A stretch of DNA of 63,935 nucleotides, from contig JARFYF010000017.1 in the NCBI GenBank assembly GCA_030265395.1, positions 19,215,843-19,279,777 on the forward strand, written 5' to 3'. The notes under the pieces are model-generated. The model saw nothing but the letters and a program-made list of their open reading frames with translations. It was not told the origin of the DNA and did not search any database. Numbering within the stretch: the stretch's first letter is position 1; each line of letters starts with the position of its first letter. The stretch is from Rhina ancylostomus (lineage: Eukaryota). The translations under genes were made by a program, and so were the position numbers. Positions 25,870-38,281 of this stretch are shown here, piece by piece.

Positions 25870-26230
25870 AAAGTCGAAAAGTTCCAAATAAATGGAAGGG
25901 CTATATTAGAACAAGTAATGGGTAAAAATTGCAATGAAATTGCTGCTGATATAAATCAAAGCACATGTTACAAAAGCGCACAGTCCAAGCCCATGATTTT
26001 CCAGCCACTAATGATGGAAAATCCTCGGGTGGAGTGTGCAATTTTACTTTATGCCGAGTGTTTGCCAGGTGCAGGTATGGCAAAGATATTACCTGTGAAT
26101 GACTACTTGTATGTGTGTGGAAGGTTTATACTATTTTTTCCATGCTGTGCAGAAAAACATAAGCAATGCAATGTGAGGGGAAACGCTTAGGAAAAGGTAT
26201 CTGTTTAATCTCTGCTTAATCCTCAAAGTA
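25870..26230. promoter_or_regulatory. Candidate conserved non-coding element
   Basis: Repeat-free, retained CpGs, ATAAATCA (Pbx-Hox-like) overlapping ATCAAAG (TCF), and AAATAAAT. Confidence 0.3.
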
Positions 26231-26471
26231 TATAGTGAGTGTGAGAATGGTGCTCAGCTTTCTAATTCCATGGCTAGACTTAATGCATTTGAACTATACG
26301 GATATATCTAATGTGTGTTGCAATGATTTGAATGTGAGTGTACTGTGCCACAGACCAAGTTGAGGTCAATTCATGTCTTCTCATTCATTCATTCATGCTA
26401 TTCAGATCAGGAAGCCAATGTGAAATTGTCTTAGTAGTGGCCAACAACTGGATAGACCTGCTGCAGGATAG

Positions 26472-27055
26472 AAGACCATACGATCATAAGACATTGGAGC
26501 AGAATTAGGCCATTCGGCCCATCGATCTTCTCCGCCATTGATCATAGCTGATTTATTTTTCCCTCTTAACCCCATTGTCCTTCATATGAATGGGATTGTC
26601 AACATAAGCAATAGGAGCAGGACCATTTGGCCCTTAGATCCTGCTCTGTCTTTCAAAAAGATCATGACTGATCGACTTCAGACCTTTTTCCTGCCCATAC
26701 TTATATTCAGAAACTATTGATTTAAGTGTCTGAGGCTCCACAGTCCACTGGTGTAAATGAGTTCAAAGCTTCACCACCTTCTGAGTGAAGCAGTTTTTCC
26801 TCATTTCAGTCCTAAATGCTGTGACCACAAGTTCTAGATTCATAAGTCTAGGAAACATCCTCCTGGTATCTACCCTACTGATACTTCCAAGAACCTTATG
26901 TGCCTCACCTTCCACTCAATCTCTTCATCCTTGGCAGACACACCATTCCAGGAATCAGTCTGGTGAATTTTCACTGCACTCCCACTACAGCAAGTATATT
27001 CCTCTTTATGTATGGAGAGCAAAACTGAACAAAATACTCAGGTATGGTCCCACCA
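26472..27055 (-). mobile_element. Two adjacent CR1 3' fragments (younger 26472-26580, older 26601-27055)
   Basis: cataagacattggagcagaattaggccattcggcccatcga and aacataagcaataggagcagg...caaaactgaacaaaatactcaggtatggt. Confidence 0.8.
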
Positions 27056-27069
27056 TCGTGTTAACCAGG

Positions 27070-27225
27070 GTCTGGGACTGGGAGTGCAATCAGGTGTACA
27101 GCTGGAGTTGTGGGTGGGTATGCATTTGGGTTCGTAGATGGAGCTCAGGGATTGGGGATGCCATTAGGGTTGTGGCTGGACCCATGAACTGGGAATGCGA
27201 TTAGGTGTGACTGGAACTGGGATTC
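27070..27225. repeat. Degenerate G-rich minisatellite, ~37-bp unit, ~4 copies
   Basis: Recurring (c/g/t)tggg-(ag/ta/ga/aa)-tgc..t(c/t)(a/g)gg....(g)ctgga at ~27075, 27113, 27151 and 27188. Confidence 0.55.
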
Positions 27226-27269
27226 GCCAATTTGTTTAGTGTGTGCATAGACCCAGTGCCTGGGAGTAG

Positions 27270-27876
27270 GACTCAGCACACAAACAGGCTCGGGAACTGG
27301 AGGCTGTCATGGATAAGAAGGGGGTGATAAGCTAGGAGAGAGGCACTAGGCAAGGGTTCCTGTGCCTGAGCCCACACACATGCACAAGCAAACAAACATG
27401 AAGATGCTACACAGCGCCTCCAAATGTGCCCAGCTTCATGCTGGAGCATTATTACCCACACAGCAGAGCCGGATCTCCAGTCACCTTGATCCCCCTTGCC
27501 ATTGGATGAAGACCCTGCCCAGTGAAGCTGGTGTGGTAGCTGGGTGTGCAACAACTATCCCTTGTGAAAAGAAACCACTTACAGGCAATTCCCATTCCAC
27601 CAATATAATCGTAGTAAGTTTTAATCTTTGTGCTTTAGTGTGCTTTTAATGAGCCTTAACTTTATAATCTTAAGTAATTTTTATTATGTTCAATTATTTG
27701 CATCAACTTTTCAGAGCTTTTAAGCTCTTTGAGTGTCAGAGATATTTGAGAACTGTTAATGTGTTTCATAGCTTTAACTGAAGGCAAAGCCCCACATGCA
27801 GCTGTGGGGAGCGCAGGCAGCTGGGTGCTGTGGGCTTTGATCTCAGTGACAAGCTAGGTCCAGGAAAATCCAACCC
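27270..27876. mobile_element. Decayed non-autonomous element, T-rich core (opposite orientation to the 19552 and 23900 copies)
   Basis: gtagtaag start of a T-rich core, gtgtcagaga motif, ends ggaaaatccaaccc (TIR-like). Confidence 0.35.
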
Positions 27877-27994
27877 ATTGTGTCTATATTTCAATTAAGC
27901 TGCTTCCCATTCTTCTTCAACAGCCCCATCCTCTTCTTCCTTTCTCCATCTTCTCTTTTATTGCATGAACACTCTTCACCTCAAGTACCTCAAG

Positions 27995-28126
27995 GGTCTT
28001 TGAGTCCTCATTGTCCACAGGGATGGTACCGGAGGATTGAAGGGTGGTGAATGTTGTCCCCTTGTTCAAAAAAGGTAGTTGGGATAGCCCAGGGAATTAC
28101 AGACCGGTGAGTCTCACGTCTGTGGT
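27995..28126 (+). mobile_element. Young CR1 ORF2 fragment running into a 243-N gap
   Basis: VFESSLSTGMVPED*RVVNVVPLFKKGSWDSPGNYRPVSLTSV. Confidence 0.9.
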
Positions 28127-29989
28127 NNNNNNNNNNNNNNNNNNNNNNNNNNNNNNNNNNNNNNNNNNNNNNNNNNNNNNNNNNNNNNNNNNNNNNNNNN
28201 NNNNNNNNNNNNNNNNNNNNNNNNNNNNNNNNNNNNNNNNNNNNNNNNNNNNNNNNNNNNNNNNNNNNNNNNNNNNNNNNNNNNNNNNNNNNNNNNNNNN
28301 NNNNNNNNNNNNNNNNNNNNNNNNNNNNNNNNNNNNNNNNNNNNNNNNNNNNNNNNNNNNNNNNNNNNNCACAACTCTGCAGTTACTGAATCCAATCCTC
28401 CCAAACCGAATGTGTTGATATCAGCTCTCAAGCAGGACATGGAGCACTCGCATCTTTGTCTCACTGTCCATCATTCTGGGCAGATAATCCAGGGCAATGG
28501 CTTACTGTGACACTGAGAGAATCCAAAACATGGCTTTCTTTATTAATGAGACATTTACCAGTCTACCTTCTGAAGAAGAGATGTCTCAATGCTTGTTGTT
28601 AACATTAGTCCATCAACCATCATCACTCAGATTTAATGTCATGGATTGGATGGTGCTGAGCACATATTGAAGGCTTTTCAAAAAATTCATGGTAGCTATG
28701 AAGAACTTTGGGGTTTACAATGATCATGTCTTCATCTTGTAAAGATCTCCTTATCATTCACCACCTATCTTCCAGAACAAAAGTAATTGCTTTGACAAGT
28801 GATGCATGATTTCTGAAGTGTTTGGGGGCATGTGAAGGTACTATAACAAAACTTTCTTTCCTCCTTCCATTTCATCTCAGCATTTGAATGCTGCACAGGA
28901 GTGAGGTGAGCCAGCAGGATTTGCAGAGAGGCAGTCTGCTCCATGTTGTACAATTCTTGGTAGGATTGGTCTCTCTGGAGACTTCACATTGATCACTCTG
29001 GAAGTCATTTCACTCAGCAGTCTTCGCAGTGGATGTCTAGATAGAAATAGTTGTAAAATTAGGCCATTATTTTAAAAAATCATGGACGTAATTCACGATG
29101 AACAAGAAATGACATCAGATATATTTGCATATTTAAATTTACCATATTAAGTTTACCCCAATTTTTCCAACAAAATTAACTGTGTAAAAACTTCACATCC
29201 ATTAAATATTCTGAATAGCTTTTGCATTCTAATTGGCAATTCAATCAGTAGCCATCCATGTATTCCCTGTCTTTAAACATTTGCATTCCTATGGATGGGA
29301 TGTAAGAGGTAATTGTTTGGGGATGTGCTCCATTCTCATCATATCTCTCTCCCTTTCTCTTCTACTGCTGAATGTGACACTCTATCCATTTTATCAAATC
29401 AATAGAATCTATGCCAAGTGTTCCTGAGGATAGTGCTCAATCAGATTGTATCCATAAGTCACATGATGATGTCTCAGTGACTCTTGTAAGGATGTTAAAC
29501 ATGATCAGTTACAGAAAAAAAACCCAAAATATTGGCAGAAGTAGACATCTAACACTTTTCCACATAATTTGAGGATATAGGGACAGGCCAATAATTTAGA
29601 ATGTGAGGAAACTAATGTCTTAGAAAAAAGAGTCACAGAGTAACCTTGAGAATGTTTTCTACCCTTGTCTACATGAAACAAAAGGCAATGTATGGCTTCA
29701 AGGAACATTTCCCACAATGAAATTTTTAACTCTTATATCACCCATTTTTATTGCTATTCTAGGTACCTGAGAATTTAGCTGGGAATGTTTTCACCCATTT
29801 CCAATTGACAGGTTTGACCAATCACACTTCATGATAGAAGAGAGTTTCGTCCTGTTACTTTAGCCATGTTTACCATCAAACTCCAGAAGTGAAAGGATGA
29901 TATTTCTCACTGACTACACTTCAAACATTTTAGCCTTTTTGCATATAAACTCACCAGTATTGCTAACATTGTTGAGAGATGACCAGGAT

Positions 29990-30130
29990 TTTGAGGAATT
30001 CAAGTCACAAGTAGGCCAGACAAGGGAAGGATGGCGGGTTTTACTCTTTAAAACATGTGATAAAGCCAACTGGATTTTTATAACTTGATTTTTATTTTTA
30101 TGTCATCTTTTTTAAATTCAGAACCACTAT
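29990..30130 (-). mobile_element. tRNA-SINE core fragment (same family as 17790)
   Basis: aagtcacaagtaggccagacaagggaaggatggcgggtt...aagccaactggatttttataac. Confidence 0.55.
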
Positions 30131-30309
30131 GGGGGGGGGGATTTCACTTTTTTTTCCTGTAACACAATCAATGTATCAAGAATATTATTGAATTATATGT
30201 CTGTGATTACAGATAATATGCACATTCCAATATGACCCACACTAACTGCATTATTCAGCAGCATTACTCATATTGAGATGGTCTTCAAGATATTTTTTAA
30301 ATATTAATG

Positions 30310-31070
30310 TCAGATGGATTTATCCTCAATTTGCTGCACATTTGTGGGCAGTGCTGTCACAAAGATTTCACCAAAAGGAAGTGTAAGTATGCATGACAGT
30401 GGCCCAGTGCTATCTTGCCCTCTGAGATATTTTGCTGGTTCTGGTGCCACTCGCAACTCAGCATGTTTTACATTTCCATGTGTGTTGGAAGGCAGACATT
30501 TGGGAAAAGTTGGATGACATATGCTTCAACACTTGATGTTCTGCTCTGCCACAGGACTTGCCATTGAGCCCAGGATGGAGTACTGATGTTCTGAGAGAGG
30601 TCTGAAACCTGCCCATCATCTTTACACCAGAGAGGGCTGGGGTATGAGCAGCAAACCCATTCATTTGAAAGACGTTGCCCTCCCTGAGAAAAAAGGCAGA
30701 AGCTTGACCTATTTTAATGTTTTAATTTTTTTTATATTTAGTGAGTTTATAATTAACTTTATTTATTTTCAGTTTTTCAATTATTCTTATTCTTTAATTA
30801 TTTAAGTCTATTGAATAGTCTTTTAAGTATCCTTAACTATCAGAGACATAAAAATCATTAAAAGCCTTTGATAACTGGAAAGGTATGAAAGAGTATTGGG
30901 AGATTCTGGTGTCAGGAACACAAAAGTACTGCTCAGAGCTGTTTCACATCACTGTACACACGTTCAGTATGGAGTATCACCACAATCGGCCCCCTGCACC
31001 TGGAACAAGTGAGAACAAATGGGCAGGGACCAACAGCTGGAGATCTGGGCAGTTAGCAAGATCCAGAACA
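30310..31070. mobile_element. Decayed non-autonomous element with a T-rich core
   Basis: GC-richer flanks around a T-rich core (30712-30860) ending tatcagagac, like 27270-27876. Confidence 0.3.
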
Positions 31071-31239
31071 ACACATGGCTTTTGGTGTAAATGTCAATTA
31101 CTTCAACTAAGCAATGGAAGTCAAATGATTTCTGGACAACAAATAGATCACATGTCTGTTGATACAATGTAAGTTGAATAAACATCAACAGAAAAATACT
31201 TAATACAAAGTAGTGCTTCGCTTTAGTCTGGGGGAATGG

Positions 31240-31360
31240 ATGGGAATGTAAGGAGGGTATGTCGCAGGGAAAATTAGTGGGGAAATGCAGTTGGTCTGTG
31301 AGCCTGCATAGACTCAATGGGCTGAAATGCCTCNNNNNNNNNNAAGAAATATGGAAATAT
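31240..31360 (+). mobile_element. CR1-type 3' tail
   Basis: gagcctgcatagactcaatgggctgaaatgcctc...aagaaatatg. Confidence 0.5.
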
Positions 31361-31648
31361 AAAGTATGAAATATTCTTCATAATATTTCTATCAAAATAT
31401 CTGTACTGTCAACTTTTCATAATAACTTTTTGGACTTTTTTTTCTCCAGTAACAAATGTGTTATGTTTGGCTGATCATTGCTTGATGACTTATTCAGAGT
31501 GAGTTCATAAGATCCTAAAACCCTGGTAAGTAACTGTTAAATTCTGTGGCCAAGGATGTTCCAACTATAGAGTTTGAGGGATAGACTTAGTGGAGCAGAC
31601 AATGCTAAAGAGAATAGCTCTGCATCCCACTGGGAAGTGTCCATGGGA

Positions 31649-32003
31649 TCATAGAGAGAAACAGCATGGAAAAAGGTCCTTCAGCCCACTGAATCCGCAT
31701 TGACCATCAACCAATCATCCCCGTGATGTAAATCTCATTGTTTATTCTCCCCACATTTTTACCATTCCTTCCCAGATCCTTGCACTCATCTACATACCAA
31801 AGACAATTTACAGTGGCCAATTATTCTATCATCCTGCATGTATTTGGGATGTGGGAAGAAACTGTAGTACCTGGAGCAAACCCAGGCAGTCACATGTGGA
31901 GATCCAGCAAACTCCACACAGACAGCAACTGAGATCGGGATGAATCCAGGTCTCTGGCACTGTGTGAGGCAGCGGCTCTTCTAGCTGCTCCACCGTACTG
32001 CCA
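31649..32003 (-). mobile_element. Full-length V-domain tRNA-SINE (HE1-like) with a CR1-derived tail
   Basis: Antisense head (gatgaatccaggtctctggcactgtgtgaggcagc...ccaccgtactgcc), V-domain tttgggatgtgggaagaaac..caaactccacacagacagc, tail catagag..acagcatggaaaaaggtccttcagccc. Confidence 0.85.
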
Positions 32004-33969
32004 TCTATATGAGTGTCTGACTCAACAAAGCTGACATGACTGCAAAGAAGGTAGAAGAGTATTGTCAGCAGCTAAACGTAAAATGGAGTACAGCAGAAAT
32101 CTAAATCTTTCATGTCACTGGCTCCTTTGGACTCCTACTGAAAATGTTTTAGAAGTCAGTAAAGGTTACCATATATTATTGCTAAATGCTTTTTTATTTA
32201 GCTTGACATTTTTGTAATTATCTTTAAACAAACATTTAAATTTGGATTTGAACAATAGCGACTCAGCCTCCATGTTTTCGCTTTCTCGGGCTAAGAAGGA
32301 AGCAGCTCAATTACAACAAGCAATATTTGCTTTTCCACTGTTCATAAAGGTTTCAGTGTAGCTCAAGAGCCTACCAGTAGCGCCTGCGGTGAAAGGAATT
32401 TCTTTCCCTTGAGCTACCACAAACTCATTTTACATGAGATTCCACCTTTGTTCTTAATAGCCCTCTCTAAGTCCTTTAAATGAATAAAATTATTGAATCA
32501 TAACACCTCCAAGGCATAAGACAGCAGGCAACCCTGCCAGGTCATCAGTCCACCAACACTGTGTTAGTTTTGGCTACATGCTTTCTGGAGACTACAGTTT
32601 TAAATCTGTCCTCTCCTCTTTGGACCAAAGCCAAATGAAATAATAATAGCAAATCAAATCTTTTCATTGGTGATAGGAAGTCCACACAGAAGTGTTTTTA
32701 CAAGAATAAAATATATCTGCACTCATATTAGCCAGAGCCTTTCTTACTGCTGAACCGATCTGTTTACCTTTATAATAAAAACATATTTTGTCATGGTAAA
32801 TGACTCCAATAAATTACGATATAGGTGCTAACCACTTTTCAAGGTTGCTAAAACTAACTTGAAAAGAAACTTCTGCAAGGCTTTGATTAACTCTGCAGAG
32901 CATGTTTCTCAGGGATACAGTCTGCTGTCTACAGATGGCACAACCCTGTCTGATTTATTAGCTTCAGCATTGCAAGTTCCCCCACTTACAACAGATACTT
33001 CTTCGGGGACTCGTGTCCATTGAAAATCTTTCAGCACAGGCCTGAGTTCCAGCTGACTTGAAGTTATTCCAGAGGCTCACTTTTACGTGTTGCTTGACAA
33101 GATTTTAAAAATATTTCTACTTAAGCCTTTCACTGAACAGCATTTGTTTCATGTGTTCTTTGCTCAGAGAATGTCACACAGCTGTAATGCTTTATTGATT
33201 GCAATAAAATGAAAATAGTGCAGTGCAAAACCTAAATAGAGGTTAATGCCATCCTGGAGGCATTTTGTCCAAACCTAAACATGTGTCTATGCTAGTGAAA
33301 GTTAACTCTTTTAATACTGAATTAGAATGACATCTGTAGAACACACACTTCTCTTCCATCACTTAGGGTACAATTATACTGTCATTTCAGCAATAATGCA
33401 AAGTGGTTTTGAGTGCATAAGAATGGAAAATTGCAGTGTATTTCCTTGCATATCTGAAAAAACAAGGTAATGCCAAATTTTTATACTCCATTTACTAAAA
33501 TACCTCCTGTCCATCCAAGTTGTTTCCGTCTGTTTTGTACTAAATGCAATCTAACTGCCAAATTATATTCTTCTAAGTTTCTGCAGAATGTGTGGAGACC
33601 CATTTAAAATCACAGGGCTTTAATTTCTGTTGGTTTGTGCTGTTTAACTATTTTAGGACCATTAGCCACAAAACAGCCAAATCACTATTAAAGACTGAAT
33701 TTTCAAGTGCAAGTTTCATTGAGACCAAACTGAATTTCAATGATCCTTTGAGATGAGTTAAAAAGCATTTTATCAGAGATTGCCTTGCCCATCAAATTGG
33801 CCACACCTTGCATCAAGTTAATCATCACTGGCAAGTTCCCACTGATTGTGCCTGTCTGACGACTTTCAGAGAGGGTTTTAAAATTAAACAAGGACACAAA
33901 AAAAGCTCAACTTTAATGTCTTCAACAATTAAAGAAAAAGTAATCTGTTAAGAACTTGACCTGTGGATA

Positions 33970-34740
33970 CCAACAAAACCAGCAGTAGGCCACTCACCCT
34001 ATAAAGCCTGCTCCACAAGTCAATAAGATCAAGGCTGGGCTAACTGTAACCTTAGTCTGGCATTGTCAACTATCCCTGGAACCTTTCACCCACTTGTCAG
34101 AGAGTCATAGAGTTGTACAGCACAGAAACAGGTCACTCAGCCCATTGAACTGTTAAAGACTTTTGCAATCTAACTGGCCAATCTGAGAGCAATAAGCTAG
34201 CCAGCAAAGTAAATCACAACAGTGAGCTGTTTTACCATTGATACTATTGCTAGTTTAGGCTGTATTTTAATAGTTGTTCTGAGCTCCTCATATTACTTAT
34301 CCTTTCATATATGTACGTTAGAAATGAAAGGAAGAGTAAACCATGCATAGAACCATAAAACCAAAGAACAATACAGCCCAATACAGGCCCAACATGTTGT
34401 GCCATCTTTCAAAACTACACCTAAGACTATCTAACACCTTCCTCCCACATATCCCTCTATCTTAAATTCCTCCACACGTCTATCCTTCTTAAATTCCTAT
34501 CTTAAATTCCTCCATATGGCATATGCCTTCCTAAAATGTGTAAAGGCATAAGCCCTTGGAGTCAATAAGATCTTTGCCTATCTTCAATCTCAACTCCATC
34601 TTATGCTATGTTCCCTTTCCCATGATTCCCTTTGTATCCAAGAAAAGTTAAAAATACTCAACCACTGAGCAATCACAGCTGTCAGGAAAAGCATTCTAAA
34701 GATTCTAAATGTTTGCAACTTTTTGAGTGAAGTTTCTCCA
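33970..34740 (-). mobile_element. Cluster of short, partly nested CR1 3' ends
   Basis: Tails at ~33970, 34103 (gagtcatagagttgtacagcacagaaacagg), 34320 and 34345 (catagaaccataaaaccaaagaacaatacagc). Confidence 0.7.
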
Positions 34741-36092
34741 TGTTAGAAAAAATCTTATCTGTGATATTATATCTTCAAATAAAACTTTAAGAGACCTGTC
34801 TTGTGTAGCTTGTCAATCCTTGACCCAAACTTTTGCACTGTTTATTTGAATGTTTAATTAGTTGATGGTTATCTGGCTTGTTTATTTGTTATTTATCCTA
34901 GTTACATTGATGTACGCCATCAAAAACCATTCTGGGCTTTAAAAGGTTGCCTGTCTTTAAAAGGCCTGTCTTTGCAAAGGACTGTTAATCAAGGTGAAAA
35001 TTTATAACAGGGTGCAGACTTCAGTACTATTTTCACAAAGATTTTTCAGAGCTAAATCAGCTCCAGATTCATTTCCAAATATAATATACCATATTTACAG
35101 AACTTGAGATGAATAGTGTCAGATAGCACCAACCCTCTGCTGCGTTGTTGTTTGATGCTACACAAGATACAGCCTACTTGAAGCAAATTAGCAGGTGAAG
35201 CTGTTTTATGCCATTTAACTGTTGTTATTTTAGCCAGTCACGTCACAGGTTTCTTGCCCAAGGGTGTAACAAACAATTATTATTGCTTAGTCAATGTAAT
35301 AATTAGTTCATCCATAGTAAGTATGTCTTTGGAGTTGCTGTAAAATGAGCCAAAGGACCCTTTTAAACTCATAAAACTTCTCAAGTTAAACAGGAACAGT
35401 AGTGGTCAGATTTGTAAATTAGCTATAAACTAGTTATAGTGATATGGTGCAGGGTATCATAAAAGTGTGTTCAAGAGACATCATTATGTTCTGCAAGGTG
35501 AAGTCAGAATTATTGAACCAAGATCTACTCTATGCTGTGTATTGTCCAAAAGAATATAGTCTATATGAATATTATTGATGCATCTATTTCATTAAATTAA
35601 TATTAACATTCCTTTTTTTAATTGTCCTTAAAGAAGCAGTTAATGTTTTCAGCTATGAAGTCATATTCTCTTAATGGATTGCAGTAGTTCAAAAATATCT
35701 TCAGCATTGCTTTTGTTTACAACTTAACTGCACAGGAGAAGGCTGTTTGGAACACTGTGCCCATGTCAGCTCTATACTAAAGCAATCCAAGTATAATCCT
35801 ATTGCCTGTTTTCTCCCCATTGCCCTTTACTTTTCACTCCTTCAAATATTTTCAGATCTTCTTCAAATAACAATGTTTTCCTCAGCTGCCCCTTGTGGCA
35901 AAATATTCAATGTTTCTGTAATCCTCTCTACAAGGAAATTTCTCTCCTCACTTCCACTGTAATTACACATGATACTTCATCATTGACTTTCTAACCAGAG
36001 CAAGTGATCTCTGCAGATTCGCTCAGTCAAAACTGTTCATAACTGGAAACAAAACTCTCAGTTAAGCGGTTTTACAAGTTTAACCTTTTATA

Positions 36093-36205
36093 GTCATAGA
36101 GTCATACAGCATGGAAAAAAGGCCCTTCAGCCCAACTCAACCATGCTGACCAAGTTGCCTACCTGGGCTAGTCCCATTTGCCTGTGTTTGGCCCATATCC
36201 CTCTA
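36093..36205 (-). mobile_element. Young CR1 3' tail with an apparent 11-bp TSD, next to an older CR1 fragment (35725-36090)
   Basis: gtcatagagtcatacagcatgg..ggcccttcagcccaactc. aaccttttata at 36082-36092 and 36206-36216. Confidence 0.8.
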
Positions 36206-36319
36206 AACCTTTTATAATGTTTTATCTAACCACACTCAGACTTTAAATGAATGATATATTTTACCTCACCAATACCTTCAACATTTTCCATTTGGAGATA
36301 TGCTCTATTTACATATCAG

Positions 36320-38060
36320 AGCATGAGAAGGAGGAGGAGGGGTAGGCTATATGGCCGCTGTGGCCTACCCCTCCAGTCAGTAAGGCGATGGCTGATCAGA
36401 TTTTTGGCTTCAACTCTACTTTTCCCTCTGCCTCTTCTATGGTCCAATAATCTATCTCAACATTGCATAACATCTCAGCATCCACAGCATTCTGGCCAAA
36501 GTAATTAGAAAGATTTTCTGAGAGCAGAAATTCCACCTCGTCATGGCCATGTGTGGTTAGCAACGTATACTGAGACTGTGCCTGCCCAACATGGTAAACA
36601 TCTCCAGACAAGCCATCATTTTAGTTTATATGTTCAAATGAGACCATCTCTCACTCTTCTGGACTCTATAGATAGGCCTGATCTGTTCAAAGCTTCCCCA
36701 TAACACACCATTCTTATCCCAGGAATCAATCTAGTAAATTGTCTCAAAAGACAAGTTTATCCTTCATCACATAACTGTAACTTCTACTGCAGGCATGGTC
36801 TCATAGAGTTTTGTTCATTTATTGCAAGGTATCATTGCTCTTGTTATGAAAAGCGACATTAATGTATCTTCTTAATTACTTATTCTACCTGAATACTAAC
36901 TATTTGTTTCTCCTGAATAAATTTGTTTCTCCCAAATGACTCCAAATACCAACATTTAATATTGAGTTATACATCTGAGATCCAAATCACCAAACAACAA
37001 ACTACTGGAGGAACCCAGTGGGTCAATCAGTACCTGTGGGGGGAAAGGAATTTTTGATGTTTCAGGTCAAAACTCTGCATCAGGACTGTGTAGGGTCTCA
37101 ACCCAAAACATCAACAATTTCTTCTCTCCCTAAAGATGCTGCTCAATCTGCTGAGTTCCTCCAGCATTTTGTTTATTGCTCCAGGTTCCAGCATCTACAG
37201 TCTCTTGTGTCTCCTGAAACATTAACTCTATTTCTCTTTCCGCAAATTTTGTTTGACCTGCTGAATCTTTCCAGCATTTTCTGATTTTTTTTATATTTCA
37301 GATTTCCAGCATTCACATTTTTTTCACTAAATTTTAATAGTTTTTTTGTCAATGAAATAAAGCTCTGCTTTTTTATTCCTATCAAAGTCAATAACCTTAC
37401 ATTTCCCCTCACTACGTTCCATCTGGCCATCATTTTTCCCCTCTCACTTCACTTGAGGATATCGCTTCCCATACATTTTATGTCCTCTACACAACTTAAT
37501 TTCCCCCTTGTCTTTGCATTGTCAGCAAATTTGGAAAAAAAATACACTTTGCTTGTTTCTGTCCAAAAAGTTTCATTAACTCACACTCATCTATATTAAC
37601 TTTTACCCTGTGTGCCTTTTAACCTGCATCTTATTGAAGGTTTTATATCTGGCTTCCTCCCTACCAAAATTCCTCAGCTTTTGTTGCCAGCATATACTGA
37701 AATTGAGATCTCTCAATCAAGCCCTTATACTGAAAAGCAAAGGTACAAAGTTTCATGCAGCAATTATTTAGTTTCTCATTTGTCAGTCCAATATTTGTCT
37801 CTGCAAATCCAACTTTCCTTTAATTCCAACCAGATGAATTCTTCCACCGAGCCTTTTGATTGCCTTCTGAAAATGTAAACTACATCTACCACATTTGCTT
37901 AATTATTTCAATCAGTCATTTCTTCAAAAAAACTCCATTAAATTTGTCAAAGATGACTTGATTTTTAGCAAATCCATATAGACTGCCCTTGATTAAACTA
38001 TCTGTTTGTAAATGCTTTCAACTTCTGTCTTAAATAATTTATCTTAACCATTTAGAAAGT
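36320..38060 (-). mobile_element. Old CR1 LINE (3' UTR to RT), interrupted at 36975-37325
   Basis: Antisense SKFADNAK (ctttgcattgtcagcaaatttgga), LTNLMEFFEEMT (gtcatttcttcaaaaaactccattaaatttgtcaaa), CR1 tail ggagggGtaggctatatggcc. Confidence 0.75.
36975..37325. mobile_element. Penelope-like-derived palindromic element plus an extra arm
   Basis: Inverted arms ctggaggaacccagtgggtc / gctgagttcctccagca, followed by cctgaaacattaactct..gacctgctgaatctttccagcattttctg..tttcagatttccagc. Confidence 0.75.
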
Positions 38061-38281
38061 GATGTGAGCTAAATTTTAATCCTCTCACTGTTATCTCTGG
38101 CTTGTTCTAGCTGTCTGCAGATTCATGCTTACAAAACGTAAGCTTCATTGTCTTGACTCCCAGGAAGTAAACTGATACCCTGGGTTCATTCACTTACACT
38201 AGACCACTAGAACATTGGGCAGCTCAATGCAAATAGAGGGGTCCATTGGTGTGATATTGGTTATTGCTGGACCTCACTTTG

